A stretch of DNA of 64,000 nt from an uncultured Clostridia bacterium (GTDB taxonomy: Bacteria; Bacillota; Clostridia; TANB77; CAG-508), in assembly GCA_944388755.1 (NCBI GenBank), contig CALXJY010000004.1, positions 563 through 64,562 on the forward strand, written 5' to 3'. Both the position numbers and the translations under genes were made by a program. The notes beneath the pieces were generated by a model. That model was given only the letters and a program-made list of their open reading frames with translations. It had not been told where the DNA came from and made no database searches. Shown here piece after piece: positions 39,764 through 51,859 of the stretch. Numbering within the stretch: the first letter of the stretch is position 1; each line of letters begins with the position of its first letter.

Positions 39764-40210
39764 TTACACATTTGGCAAAGCCGCTTTTATATTTTCAGAT
39801 TGATATCCCTTTTTTAATAGATATTGTTTTATTTCTTCCATATCCATACTTGTTTGCTTTTTGTATATTATATTACTTATAGATTTACATTCATAATCTT
39901 CTAATTCTTCTTTATTATTATAAATGTAATCTTCAATATCTTCTTTTTTAAGCCCTTTTGTTTGTAGTTTATATGTAAGTTCTCTAATTGATAAATTTTT
40001 TAAGGCTATAAAATTATTTACTGCTTTTTCTATATATTCTATATCATTTATGTAATTAGCCTTTTTTAAATAGTCTATAACATCTTCTAATATATCTTCT
40101 TGTACTACTCTTGAAAATTTTTTTCTTACCTCATATTCTGTTCTTCTTTTATATAATATATATTTTAATACCCTTGTTTTTTGTTCATCAAATTCTTCAA
40201 CTGTATACAT
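39764..40210 (-). CDS. recX: recombination regulator RecX
   Basis: Three-helix repeat pattern (..RTEYEVRKKF..VIDYLKKANYINDIEY..). Directly downstream of recA. Confidence 0.75.
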   Translation of the reverse strand: MYTVEEFDEQKTRVLKYILYKRRTEYEVRKKFSRVVQEDILEDVIDYLKKANYINDIEYIEKAVNNFIALKNLSIRELTYKLQTKGLKKEDIEDYIYNNKEELEDYECKSISNIIYKKQTSMDMEEIKQYLLKKGYQSENIKAALPNV

Positions 40211-40224
40211 ATTTCCTCCTGATT

Positions 40225-41283
40225 TTATTCTTCTTCGTCTTCTTCATCCTCATCTGCTTCATGTAGTTCCTCTCCAAGACTTTGCTCAAATGCTTTTTCA
40301 AAATTTTCTCTAACTTTCTTTTCCACTTCATCTAACATTTCAGGATTTTCCCTTAAGTATTTTTTTACATTTTCTCTACCTTGACCTATTCTGTCTCCAT
40401 TATAGCTAAACCATGATCCACTTTTTTCGATGATATCTAGGTTAACTGCCATATCTAAAACATTTCCTTCTCTTGAGATTCCTTCGCCATACATAATGTC
40501 AAATTCTGCTTCTCTAAAAGGTGGTGCTACTTTATTTTTTACAACTTTTACTTTTGTTCTGCTTCCTTTTATTTCTCCATCTTGCTTAATATTTTCAGCT
40601 TTTCTAATATCTAATCTAACAGATGCATAAAACTTTAATGCTCTTCCTCCTGTTGTTGTCTCAGGATTTCCAAACATTACTCCTATTTTATCTCTTAATT
40701 GATTTATAAATATTAGAACTGTTTTTGATTTGTTTATTACTCCTGCTAATTTTCGTAATGCTTGTGACATTAATCTTGCTTGTAATCCCATATGTGGGTC
40801 TCCCATATCACCATCTATTTCTGCTTTTGGTACTAATGCTGCAACAGAGTCTACAACAATAACATCTAGTGCTCCACTTCTTACCAAGCTTTCTGTTATT
40901 TCTAATGCTTGTTCCCCTGTATCTGGTTGTGATACTATTAAATTGTCTATATCTACTCCTAATTTTTTAGAATATACTGGATCTAAGGCATGTTCAGCAT
41001 CTATAAATGCTACTTCTCCTCCTAATTTTTGTGCTTCTGCTATTATATGTAATGCTAAGGTAGTTTTTCCTGAAGATTCAGGTCCATATATTTCTATAAT
41101 TCTACCTCTTGGGACTCCTCCTATACCTAGTGCAATATCTAAGCTTAATGCTCCTGTAGGTATTGCCTCTATTTCCATTGCTTTATATTCTCCTAGTTTC
41201 ATTACTGAACCTTTTCCATAATTTTTTTCAATTTGAGCCATTGCTGCTTCCAATGCTTTTTTCTTTTCTGCGTTTTCACTCAT
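40225..41283 (-). CDS. recA: recombinase RecA
   Basis: [38 protein letters not shown]. Confidence 0.97.
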   Translation of the reverse strand: MSENAEKKKALEAAMAQIEKNYGKGSVMKLGEYKAMEIEAIPTGALSLDIALGIGGVPRGRIIEIYGPESSGKTTLALHIIAEAQKLGGEVAFIDAEHALDPVYSKKLGVDIDNLIVSQPDTGEQALEITESLVRSGALDVIVVDSVAALVPKAEIDGDMGDPHMGLQARLMSQALRKLAGVINKSKTVLIFINQLRDKIGVMFGNPETTTGGRALKFYASVRLDIRKAENIKQDGEIKGSRTKVKVVKNKVAPPFREAEFDIMYGEGISREGNVLDMAVNLDIIEKSGSWFSYNGDRIGQGRENVKKYLRENPEMLDEVEKKVRENFEKAFEQSLGEELHEADEDEEDEEE

Positions 41284-41304
41284 TTTTGTTCCTCCTTATT
41301 TTTA

Positions 41305-41316
41305 AAACTTTTGTTT
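41305..41316. promoter_or_regulatory. candidate LexA (Cheo-like) operator AAAC-N4-GTTT in the recA leader
   Basis: A perfect 12-bp palindrome, aaacttttgttt, lies between the predicted -10 and the RBS. It is a degenerate form of GAAC-N4-GTTC. Confidence 0.35.
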
Positions 41317-41325
41317 GATATACAC

Positions 41326-41353
41326 ATTATATACCAAATTTTTGTTTTGTCAA
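41326..41353 (-). promoter_or_regulatory. sigma-A type promoter of recA
   Basis: On the minus strand: TTGACA, a 16-nt spacer, then TATAAT (extended tatataat). Confidence 0.55.
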
Positions 41354-41381
41354 TATTTTTTAATTCTTTTTTATATAAAAT

Positions 41382-42956
41382 TTATTTATACCAATTAGAG
41401 ATATTATAGAATATGTTATACCAATTTGGTGTAACATCTCCAATTAATCCTGTACTATATGCTACAGTAAATTTATTATTATATAAGCTAATATATGGTA
41501 CATCATCCCTATATATTTCTGCTAATCTTTTATATCTATCTATTAATGTATTCTCATCTGTTGTATTCTTTACTTCGTTTAATATATTATTTACTTCGTC
41601 ATTTGAATAATTAGCCATATTATTTACGCCAAAAAATGTTTCTAAACTAGGACTCAGTGATAAATTTATTCCACATAAAATCAAGTCATAGTTTTTGGAA
41701 TTAATACTATTATAATAGTCATTATCTTGTAATTGAACAATATTCACATTTATTCCTTGGCTTCCAAGTTGTGATTTAATATTTTGAGCTACATTTACCA
41801 TGGTAGAATCACTTGCTTTTACTGCTAAATTTAGTATTAATCTTACTGTTTTATAATTTTCAGTTTTTTGCCAATATCCATTTCTATAAACCCATCCTGC
41901 ATCTGTTAATAGTTGTTTTGCCTGTTCAGGATTATAACCAGCACTTGCATTTTGGTTACTATATAACCAATTACCATAATCTAGTGGGAAATCTGACGTG
42001 TAATAATTATTATTAAAGATACTAGATGTTATATTTGTTTTATCTATTGAATATGAAATTGCTTTTCTTACTTCTTGTCTTGATAATAATGTATTTGCCA
42101 TATTTAATGAAATAAATACATGTTCTCTACCTTTCATTTCTTTTTTTGCATAACCTATAGTTCCTATATAATCTTGTAAATTGCTATTATCTGTTGCGAC
42201 AATATCTAAGTTACCCATTTTAAAACTATTATATAGTTCTGCTAATGATGAATATAAATTAATTGTGATTTTAGTTAATGTTAGGTTTGTTTTTGTATTC
42301 CACCAATTATTATTTTTTACTAACACTAAATGTGTAGATTGAACATCTGAATATTTATACATTCCTGTTCCTATAGGTACAATTCCCTCATTAAACTCTT
42401 TATCTAGATAAAACGAGCTTGACATAATTGGAAACACAAGATTATATTCAAAAAAAGGTATTTCTTTATCTAGAATTATTTTTAAGGTGTAATCATCTGT
42501 AATTTCTATATTTGCAATGTTTTGCACATTTGATGTATAAATTGAGTCAACAGATTTCAACTTTTCTATAGTAAATTTAACATCATCTGCCACAAATTTT
42601 TCCCCATTTGACCATCTTACATTATCTTTTAATTTAATAATATATGTTGTACTATCTTGTTTTGCCCATTCTTGTGCTAAACATGATTCTAATTTGTAGT
42701 CTTGTGTTAAATTAAATAATGGTTCATATATTAACCTAGATACATCTTGAATATTTTTATTATGACTTAGAATTGGATTTGTACTATCAAATGATGCAAC
42801 ACCTAAAGTTATTTCTGTTATCTTTTGTTCTTCTGTAGAAACATGTGTCTGCTCTTGTTTAGTGACTTCTTCTTCTGTTTTTATTTTGTATATAGCAAAA
42901 ATCATGATTCCAACAACAAATATGCCAAATACATATTTAAAAAAATTTGATTTCAT
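41382..42956 (-). CDS. ABC transporter substrate-binding protein, family 5 (peptide/nickel type), TM-anchored
   Basis: ..LAQEWAKQDSTTYIIKLKDNVRWSNGEKFVADDVKFTIEKL.. is typical of SBP_bac_5. No permease or ATPase genes are adjacent. Confidence 0.75.
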   Translation of the reverse strand: MKSNFFKYVFGIFVVGIMIFAIYKIKTEEEVTKQEQTHVSTEEQKITEITLGVASFDSTNPILSHNKNIQDVSRLIYEPLFNLTQDYKLESCLAQEWAKQDSTTYIIKLKDNVRWSNGEKFVADDVKFTIEKLKSVDSIYTSNVQNIANIEITDDYTLKIILDKEIPFFEYNLVFPIMSSSFYLDKEFNEGIVPIGTGMYKYSDVQSTHLVLVKNNNWWNTKTNLTLTKITINLYSSLAELYNSFKMGNLDIVATDNSNLQDYIGTIGYAKKEMKGREHVFISLNMANTLLSRQEVRKAISYSIDKTNITSSIFNNNYYTSDFPLDYGNWLYSNQNASAGYNPEQAKQLLTDAGWVYRNGYWQKTENYKTVRLILNLAVKASDSTMVNVAQNIKSQLGSQGINVNIVQLQDNDYYNSINSKNYDLILCGINLSLSPSLETFFGVNNMANYSNDEVNNILNEVKNTTDENTLIDRYKRLAEIYRDDVPYISLYNNKFTVAYSTGLIGDVTPNWYNIFYNISNWYK

Positions 42957-43183
42957 ATTATTTGCTTCACCTCTATCTTGCACATATCATATATTAAATT
43001 GCTAAATTTTTCAAGTTTTTATTACATATTTTTGATTTTTTTGTACATACTAGTTACAGTTCACTTGTATAATATTAATTTTTTAAAAAGAGTTATATAT
43101 TATGATTGCAAATGTGTTGTAACATGCTAGTGGTATTCTTTGATATAAGGAAGGAAATTAAAATTAAAAGGAGTCTAAATTAT

Positions 43184-43880
43184 ATGAAAAATAAATATAT
43201 TTTTGCAATTGTTTTTTTGTTAGTTATATGTATCATTGCTTTTTTCTTTTTTAGGGATAAATCTAATGATAGCAATTATGAAGCTAAGAAGACTTCAACT
43301 ACAAATAATACAACTGAAAACACATCAGATAACAAGAGTTCAAATAACACAGATGTAAATAGTGTTAATTCTAATGAGTCTACTCAAAATTCATCTAGTG
43401 AAGATGGTAACGCAAAACCTAAGGAAACTCAAGCACGGTATATATACAACTAAAATATATACCAAAGAAGAAGCTAGACAAAACAACATGGAATTAACTG
43501 CATCTAGACTTAATGGTCATATTGTAAAAAATGGTGAAACTTTTTCTTTTTGCAATACTTTAGGACCTTCTTCTTCTAAGACTGGATATCAAGAAGCTGA
43601 TATATTTGATAAAGATGGTAATAAGAAAAAAGGCTTAGGAGGAGGAAATTGCCAGATTAGTAGTACATTATATAATGCTGTTTTAGCCACACCTAATTTA
43701 GCTATTATTGAACATCACGAACATAGTAATGATGTGCCATATGTTGCAAAAGGAAAAGATGCTGCTGTAGCTTATGGAAGTTATGATTTTAAATTTAGAA
43801 ATGATACTGGGCATGATATAAAACTTCTATTTGAAGTTACTAAAGATAATGTTACTGCAAGTATTGTAATACTTGGATAA
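43184..43880 (+). CDS. VanW-family protein, interrupted by a +1 break at CGG 43436-43438
   Basis: Frame 1 gives MKNKYIFAIVFLL.. (signal/TM helix, S/T/N linker) ..KPKETQA-RYIYN*. Frame 2 continues GIYTTKIYTKEEARQNNMELTASRLNGHIVKNGETFSF..GGGNCQISSTLYNA..HSNDVPYV (VanW domain). Skipping base 43436 gives a 231-aa protein. Confidence 0.85.
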
Positions 43881-43932
43881 TACACTAGTAATATTTTTAT
43901 GTTTTATATCATAAATTTGTACTGGTGATATT

Positions 43933-45429
43933 TTGAGAAAAGCAAAAATTTTTTTATTAAATGGATTTATAATGACTATTACCTCATGCATTATGCGTGG
44001 AGCTGGTCTAATTTTTAATATATATGTTGCTAATAAAGTTGGTCAGGAAGCAATTGGTGTATTTAGTCTAGTGATGTCTGTATATACATTTGCAATTACT
44101 TTTGCGACTTCTGGTTTGGGTCTTGCATGTACTTGTATAGTTTCTGAAGAATTTGAAAAGAAAAACTATACAGCAGGTTATGTAGCTGTTAAAACATGTA
44201 TTAAATTTGCAATAATTTTGGGTTTAATAGGTTGTTTTGGTTTAATAGTTTTAGCTCCTGTAATATCTACTGTTTGTTTAAATAATGCTGTTTCAAATAT
44301 GCCAATATATGCCATAAGTCTTGGTCTTCCTCTTATTAGTGTCTCTAGCGTAATTAGTGGTTATTTTAATAGTGTAGGTAAATCTTATAAAAATGCATTT
44401 TCTCAAAGTTTTGAGCTTTTTGTAAAGATTATTGCTACTATAATTTTGCTTTGTTATGCTATTGATAAAGGTATTGATGTAATATGTACATGTTTAATTT
44501 TAGGTGATGTAATTTCAGAGATGTTTTCATTTGGTCTAAATATCGTTCTTTACTACATAGATAGAAAAAAATCTTTACAATGCCGTAGTTCTAATTTGAA
44601 AATGGTAAATCGTATTTTTAAAATATCTTTTCCTGTAGCAATAACATCATACATACGCTCAGGGCTTTCTTCTTTAAAACAATTTTTAATTCCATTACGT
44701 TTACAGACGGCTGGGCTTAATTATACATTAGCTATCTCAAAATATGGATTAATAAATGGTATGGTTATGCCTGTTTTGATGTTTGCAAGTTTTTTTATAA
44801 GTTCTTTTGGAACATTATTAATCCCTGAATATTCACGACTCTTGGCTGGAAAGAATTTTAATAGAATAAAAACTGTTAGTCATAAAATTTTTGATACAAC
44901 TTTTGCTTTCTCTATTTTGGTTAGCGGAATTTTTTTATTTTTTGCAAATGAACTTAGTCTAATTATTTACCAAAGTTTAGAATCTGCAAGTTATATAAGA
45001 ATTTTAGCTCCTTTGGTAATTTTTATGTATATTGATACAATTATTGATAGTATTTTAAAAGGTATAAATTCTCAATTTGGTGCTATGTGTATTAATATCT
45101 GTGATTTGGTTATGACTATTGCAATTATTTATTTTGTTGTGCCTATTTTAGGAGTTAATGGCTATATTTTCAGCATATGTGCTAGTGAGATTTTTAATTT
45201 TATTGCTAGTTATTTTTTACTCAAGAAAAAAATTGGATGTGGTTTTAACATATTACATTATTGTTCTAAGCCATGTTTGGGTTTAGCAATTTCATATATT
45301 ATTAGCTTAATAATTCCATGTATATTTGATAATTTTGTCTTATATGTTATTTTTAAAATCTCTGTCTTCTGCATTATTTATTTAATTTTATTTCTATTTT
45401 GGAAGAAAAAAGAGGGATTTAGAATATAG
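43933..45429 (+). CDS. spoVB: stage V sporulation protein B (MOP-superfamily flippase)
   Basis: Polytopic protein with the N-terminus LLNGFIMTITSCIMRGAGLIFNIYVANKVGQEAIGVF, typical of SpoVB. The start codon appears to be TTG. Confidence 0.7.
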   Translation: MRKAKIFLLNGFIMTITSCIMRGAGLIFNIYVANKVGQEAIGVFSLVMSVYTFAITFATSGLGLACTCIVSEEFEKKNYTAGYVAVKTCIKFAIILGLIGCFGLIVLAPVISTVCLNNAVSNMPIYAISLGLPLISVSSVISGYFNSVGKSYKNAFSQSFELFVKIIATIILLCYAIDKGIDVICTCLILGDVISEMFSFGLNIVLYYIDRKKSLQCRSSNLKMVNRIFKISFPVAITSYIRSGLSSLKQFLIPLRLQTAGLNYTLAISKYGLINGMVMPVLMFASFFISSFGTLLIPEYSRLLAGKNFNRIKTVSHKIFDTTFAFSILVSGIFLFFANELSLIIYQSLESASYIRILAPLVIFMYIDTIIDSILKGINSQFGAMCINICDLVMTIAIIYFVVPILGVNGYIFSICASEIFNFIASYFLLKKKIGCGFNILHYCSKPCLGLAISYIISLIIPCIFDNFVLYVIFKISVFCIIYLILFLFWKKKEGFRI

Positions 45430-45436
45430 TTTCAAG

Positions 45437-45463
45437 TAAGGCTTACATAATTTATAAGCCTTA
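45437..45463. terminator. bidirectional stem-loop between convergent spoVB and eno
   Basis: 9-bp stem taaggctta/taagcctta, with T-rich flanks. Confidence 0.55.
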
Positions 45464-45480
45464 TTTGAAAATTTATGATT

Positions 45481-46746
<1,266 letters not shown>

Positions 46747-46810
46747 TTAAAACCATTCCTTTCATTTTAGTCTATTAATACATATTATGTCCATTATTGG
46801 AATATTTTAA

Positions 46811-48445
46811 TCATGCTATCTTTTTTGTTTTTTTCTTTCTTAATTCTTTTGCATAATTTAAACTAATTTCATTTATTTCGCCTGAAGATATTCTAGCTAT
46901 CTCTTGCAAAGTTTCTTGTTCATTTAATTGTTTTATATTTGTATTTGTTCTTTCATTTATTATTTTTTTACTAATAAAATAATTTACATCTGCCATTGCT
47001 GCTATATTTGGTAAATGTGATATGCATAATATTTGGTGTTTTCTAGCTATATGATATAATTTTTGTGCGACACTATTTGCAGCTTTTCCACTAATTCCAG
47101 TATCTATTTCATCAAAGATTAGTACTGGTATTTTATCTGTATCTGCTAATACTTTTTTTATTCCTAGCATTATTCTTGATATTTCTCCACCTGATGCTAT
47201 TTGTGATAATTGCTTTTCATCTTCACCTAGATTTGTCTTTATATAAAAGGTTACAATATCTTTTCCAGTTTTAAAATATTCTGAGCATTCATTTACATGT
47301 ATATTTATTTTTGCATTTTTCATTTCTAGTTCATTTAATTCTTGATTTATTTTATCACTTAATTCTAATGCTTTTTCTTTTCTTATTTTGTGCATATTTT
47401 TTGCCAATTTATCCATTTCTTCTTCTAACTCTTTTTGTTCTTTTTTTAGTTTATTATTATATTCTTCTAAGTTTTCTATGTAATTGATTTCTTGCTTTAT
47501 TTTTTCTTTATATTCTAAAATTTCTTGTATATTATTGCCATATTTTCTTTTTAGAGAATGTATAATATCTAATCTTTCTTCTATTTCTTTTCTTTCCTCT
47601 TCATCAAAATATGTATCTTCACATGAACTTGATATTTCTCGCGCTATTTCTTGTAATTCATAATAGATACTTTTTAAGTTGCTTGTTGTTTTTTCATATT
47701 TTTCATCTATATTTGCTATTTTATCTAATGCTCTTATTCCTGTGCTTAGTGCATCTATTGCTATATTATTTAATACATTGTCTGTTTCTTTCAAGTTTTG
47801 TGCTATTTTTTCTGAATTCATAATTATTTTCCTTTTGTTTTCTAATTCTTCATCTTCTCCAATTTTTAATTTAGCTTGTTTTATTTCTTCATATTGGTAA
47901 TGTAGTAAATCTAGTTTTCTTTCTCGTTCTTTATTATCCCCATAGTTTTCTCTAAGCTTTTTCTCAATTTCTATATACTGAGTATATTTTTGACTATATT
48001 GATTTTTATCTTTTAATCCTTCTCCAATAAAACCATCTAAATAGTTTAAATGATATTTATTATCTAGTAGTATTTGATTATCATTTTGCCCATGAATTTC
48101 AATTATATCTCTCATGAATTTTTTTAATTCATTGACTGTAACCATTCTGCCATTTATTTTGCATAAATTCCTACCATTTGTATTTACTTCTCGTGAAATT
48201 ATTATATTTCCATCAATAGAATTAGGGTTTTGTGGTAAATATATACATGCTTCAATATATGAATTTGTTTCTCCTTTTCTTATCATTTCTTTTGAAAATC
48301 TTCCTCCTGAAAGAATTAATAATGAGTCTATTATTAGAGTTTTTCCTGCTCCTGTTTCACCTGTTAAAACATTTAAACCATTGTTTAAGTTAATTGTTAG
48401 TTCCTTAATTATACCTATATTTTTTATATGTAATGTACTTATCAC
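46811..48445 (-). CDS. recN: DNA repair protein RecN
   Basis: LHIKNIGIIKEL..LTGETGAGKTLIIDSL.., long coiled coil, ..SGGEISRIMLGIK..LIFDEIDTGISG. Confidence 0.92.
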   Translation of the reverse strand: MISTLHIKNIGIIKELTINLNNGLNVLTGETGAGKTLIIDSLLILSGGRFSKEMIRKGETNSYIEACIYLPQNPNSIDGNIIISREVNTNGRNLCKINGRMVTVNELKKFMRDIIEIHGQNDNQILLDNKYHLNYLDGFIGEGLKDKNQYSQKYTQYIEIEKKLRENYGDNKERERKLDLLHYQYEEIKQAKLKIGEDEELENKRKIIMNSEKIAQNLKETDNVLNNIAIDALSTGIRALDKIANIDEKYEKTTSNLKSIYYELQEIAREISSSCEDTYFDEEERKEIEERLDIIHSLKRKYGNNIQEILEYKEKIKQEINYIENLEEYNNKLKKEQKELEEEMDKLAKNMHKIRKEKALELSDKINQELNELEMKNAKINIHVNECSEYFKTGKDIVTFYIKTNLGEDEKQLSQIASGGEISRIMLGIKKVLADTDKIPVLIFDEIDTGISGKAANSVAQKLYHIARKHQILCISHLPNIAAMADVNYFISKKIINERTNTNIKQLNEQETLQEIARISSGEINEISLNYAKELRKKKTKKIA

Positions 48446-48540
48446 TATAATTCCTCCAATCGTTTTATCGTATTCTTGTTTGCTAAACTTATGTTTGATT
48501 GCATTTTATATCTTATCTATAATTTTGTCAATAGCTTTTA

Positions 48541-48554
48541 CGAATATTTTTTCG
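48541..48554. promoter_or_regulatory. candidate LexA box CGAAT-N4-TTTCG upstream of recN
   Basis: cgaatattttttcg matches CGAAC-N4-GTTCG at 12 of 14 positions, about 95 nt upstream of the recN start. Confidence 0.35.
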
Positions 48555-48716
48555 CATTTATTGCTTTTTGTTTAATTTTGTGCTAAAATACACATAAATT
48601 TTATAAGGTGAACAAATGTGAAAGTCTTATAGTTTGCGATAATTTTAACTTTTCTCTTTGGGTTTATAGGTAACCTTTTAAAAACCTAAATAATTATACA
48701 AGGAATGATATTAATT

Positions 48717-50507
48717 ATGGCATTTGATGGTATTGTAACCAAAGCGATTTGTTCTGAATTATCAGAATTAAAAAATGCTAGAATAGATAAAATTTTTGAG
48801 CCAAATAAAAATAATGTATTGATAGGTATGTATTTAAATGGTAAAAATTATGCATTAAACATATGCATAGATTCACAAAATTGTAGGCTTCATTTAACTA
48901 CACATCCTATTTCTAATCCAAAAGTTGCACCTAATTTTTGCATGATTCTTCGCAAAAATTTAATTGGTATGCATCTAAAAAACATATATTCACTTGATTT
49001 AGAAAGGCTTGTTATTCTAGAATTTGAAGGTTTTGATGAAATAGATGATCTTATTAGTAAAAAACTTATAATAGAATTAATGGGAAAACACTGTAATATA
49101 ATTCTTTTAGATGAACAAAATATTATAATTGATAGTTTAAGACATATAAAACAAGATGATGAAAAATATAGGAATATCTTGCCACATATTAAATATGTTT
49201 TTCCTATTTCTGAAAAATACAATTTTTTAGATATCTTAACTTTTAGTGATTTTTATAATTTAATATGTGAGCATATTTCTAAAGATAAATCGATTTCTAG
49301 AATTATTTCGGATTTGTTTAATGGTATTAGTAACGGTTTTATACGTACTATAATTGAAAAGCTTGATATTAATGAAAATAATTTTGATTATTCTTCATCA
49401 TATGGGAAACAATGTTTAGAAAAAATTTATGATTATATTAAAAAAACAATAAATTCAATTGATTCAGGTAAATTATCGTTTTGTCCAATTTATAAGGATG
49501 ATGGAACACAAAAAGATTATTATTTAGTTCCTATAGATAGTGTTTCAGATAATTTTGAATTGAATTTTTATATTGATGATTTTTATTATGTAAAAGAAAC
49601 TTCTGATAATTTTAAAAATTATAGAAATACTTTGTTAAAACTTATTTTTCATACTCTTCAAAAATATGAAAAACGTTTATTACACATAAATGAAAAGCTA
49701 AAAGAATGTGATAATATGGAAACTTATAGAATTTATGGTGAGCTTATTACAGCTAATTTGTATCTTTTTAATTCTAATTCTAATTTAGATGTAATTAAAG
49801 TTGATAATTATTATGATAATAATAAAAAAATGGAGATTCCTTTAGATAATCGTTTTTCTATTAATGTGAATGCTAAAAAATATTTTAAGAAATATTCTAA
49901 ATTAAAAAATGCATTAGAAATTGTTACTGCTCAAAAGATTGAAACTGAGCAGGAATTAGATTATATACAAAGTGTTATATATGAATTAGAAAGTGCTAAA
50001 ACAGTTGATGAACTTTCAGAAATATATGATGAGATTTTATCAAATTCGGTTTTTCAAATCAATCCATCTAGAAATTCTGATACTAAAAAGAAAAAAATAA
50101 AAAAGTCTAGTTTGACGAAAAATAAAAATGTTTCTTTTAATCCTATTAAATATAATATTGATGGATATACTGTTTTAGTTGGTAGAAATAATAAAGAAAA
50201 TGATTATTTAACATTAAAATTTGCTAATAAATCTGATATTTGGTTTCATGTAAAGGATTTTCATGGTAGTCATGTAATATTAAAATTTTTAAATGATAAG
50301 AATCACTCTAGTAATTCTAATAATATTTTGGATATTATTCCTTATGATTTGATGAGTAAGGTTGCTAAATTAGCTGTTTTGCATAGTAAGGCTCGAAATT
50401 CTTCTAATGTTCCAGTTGATTACTGTGAAGTTCGTTATGTTAAAAAATTGAATGGTGGTAAGCCTGGGATGGTTATTTATACTAATAATAGGACTATTTA
50501 TGTATAA
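48717..50507 (+). CDS. rqcH: NFACT-family ribosome quality control protein RqcH (fibronectin-binding protein A family)
   Basis: MAFDGIVTKAI..IDKIFEP..LHLT..PNFCMILRK (NFACT-N) and C-terminal DIWFHVKDFHGSHVIL (NFACT-R). Confidence 0.85.
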   Translation: MAFDGIVTKAICSELSELKNARIDKIFEPNKNNVLIGMYLNGKNYALNICIDSQNCRLHLTTHPISNPKVAPNFCMILRKNLIGMHLKNIYSLDLERLVILEFEGFDEIDDLISKKLIIELMGKHCNIILLDEQNIIIDSLRHIKQDDEKYRNILPHIKYVFPISEKYNFLDILTFSDFYNLICEHISKDKSISRIISDLFNGISNGFIRTIIEKLDINENNFDYSSSYGKQCLEKIYDYIKKTINSIDSGKLSFCPIYKDDGTQKDYYLVPIDSVSDNFELNFYIDDFYYVKETSDNFKNYRNTLLKLIFHTLQKYEKRLLHINEKLKECDNMETYRIYGELITANLYLFNSNSNLDVIKVDNYYDNNKKMEIPLDNRFSINVNAKKYFKKYSKLKNALEIVTAQKIETEQELDYIQSVIYELESAKTVDELSEIYDEILSNSVFQINPSRNSDTKKKKIKKSSLTKNKNVSFNPIKYNIDGYTVLVGRNNKENDYLTLKFANKSDIWFHVKDFHGSHVILKFLNDKNHSSNSNNILDIIPYDLMSKVAKLAVLHSKARNSSNVPVDYCEVRYVKKLNGGKPGMVIYTNNRTIYV

Positions 50508-50521
50508 TAGTCCTATTAAAA

Positions 50522-51214
50522 TCATTTTAAAGCTATATGTATGTTTTCAATCTTTGCATTTAGTTCTCTAGAAACAATATTCTGTATTTGAGCAATTTCT
50601 TCTTGACTTAAGTCCTCTGCCCCAATTATTACACTAATACTAGTTCCATTTACAAAGACTATGTTATTTTCAAATCCTTTTGTTGATATTAAATTCTCAC
50701 AAATCATAATACTATTTTTTTCATCATTTATTTTCTTTATTTCTTCTGTTGCTGATTGTTTTTGTGTTTCAGATGAATTGCTCGAATTTAAAATTTTATC
50801 ATATGTTTCTATCATTTGTGAATACATAGTATCTCTTTCTAATTTAGATTTTGTAAAATAGTCAGTTATTTCTGCTGTATTTGTTTGTATTATATTTTCA
50901 TTTACCATATTTTCTTCTGCCGTATTTGTTGCATTCACATTAATTTCATTTGATGTAACAACATTATTTTCTGCTATATTTTCAACTGTTTCATTTGTAA
51001 TTTGATTAGTTTCATCTACTATATTTGTGTTTACTAACTTTGCATCACCAATATTATTTAATCCTGCTAATTCTTCTGCACTTGCTGTGGCTTGTAAAGT
51101 TTTATCTATATCATTTTCTGATCCACTATAATTCAAATACCCAGCTACTATTAACATTAATGCTATAACGTAAATTAATACTTGGTTCTTCTTTAAAATT
51201 TTCAAATTAATCAC
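50522..51214 (-). CDS. spoIIIAH: stage III sporulation protein AH
   Basis: N-terminal TM helix, ..FTKSKLERDTMYSQ.., ..CENLISTKGFENNIVFVNGTSISVII..IAQIQNIVSREL. Last gene of the spoIIIA operon. Confidence 0.85.
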   Translation of the reverse strand: MINLKILKKNQVLIYVIALMLIVAGYLNYSGSENDIDKTLQATASAEELAGLNNIGDAKLVNTNIVDETNQITNETVENIAENNVVTSNEINVNATNTAEENMVNENIIQTNTAEITDYFTKSKLERDTMYSQMIETYDKILNSSNSSETQKQSATEEIKKINDEKNSIMICENLISTKGFENNIVFVNGTSISVIIGAEDLSQEEIAQIQNIVSRELNAKIENIHIALK

Positions 51215-51244
51215 ATTCCTTCCATTTTTAAGTTATGTAAATTT

Positions 51245-51859
51245 TTATCCTTCCATCTGAAAAACTTGTATTTTGTGTGTTGCAAGTCCTGTTACTGCTT
51301 CTACTGCTTGTATAATATTTGTTTTTACATCAATATTACCTGCTCCTTTTGCAGTAATTATTGCTCCTTCTATCTTAGGTTCTATTACTTTTTGTGTCAT
51401 TGGGGTTTTTACTCCATTTTCTTCTTGATAGATAATATCTTTTTGCATGTCAGTCGTTTCTATTTTTCTTACTCCCCCTTCAGTATCTGTTTCTTCTGTT
51501 GTACTACTTTGAGAATTTTCATTATACATTGCAATTACTTCACTAGATTCAGAGTAATTTATAAATACTTTTACTTCTCCAACTCCTTGTATTTCTTTTA
51601 AGATATTTTCTAACTTTGTTTCTAAGCTATCTTTATTTATTTTTGTGTCTGTTGTATTTTGTGTTGCCAATACTTTTGTTTTGTCACTTTCTTCTTGTTT
51701 TACTTCTTTTTGTTTATTGTCATTCCATACTAAATTTATTGCTATTATTGTTATTATTAAAATTATCACAAAAAATACTAAGTTTTCGATTTTTCTTTTG
51801 TTATTTTCCTGTCCATCTTCTTTTTTGCCAAATAAATTATTTAATTTATCTTTAAACAT
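51245..51859 (-). CDS. spoIIIAG: stage III sporulation protein AG
   Basis: TM helix followed by ..IQGVGEVKVFINYSES.. and ..KIEGAIITAKGAGNIDVKTNIIQAVEAVTGLATHKIQVF. Confidence 0.85.
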   Translation of the reverse strand: MFKDKLNNLFGKKEDGQENNKRKIENLVFFVIILIITIIAINLVWNDNKQKEVKQEESDKTKVLATQNTTDTKINKDSLETKLENILKEIQGVGEVKVFINYSESSEVIAMYNENSQSSTTEETDTEGGVRKIETTDMQKDIIYQEENGVKTPMTQKVIEPKIEGAIITAKGAGNIDVKTNIIQAVEAVTGLATHKIQVFQMEG

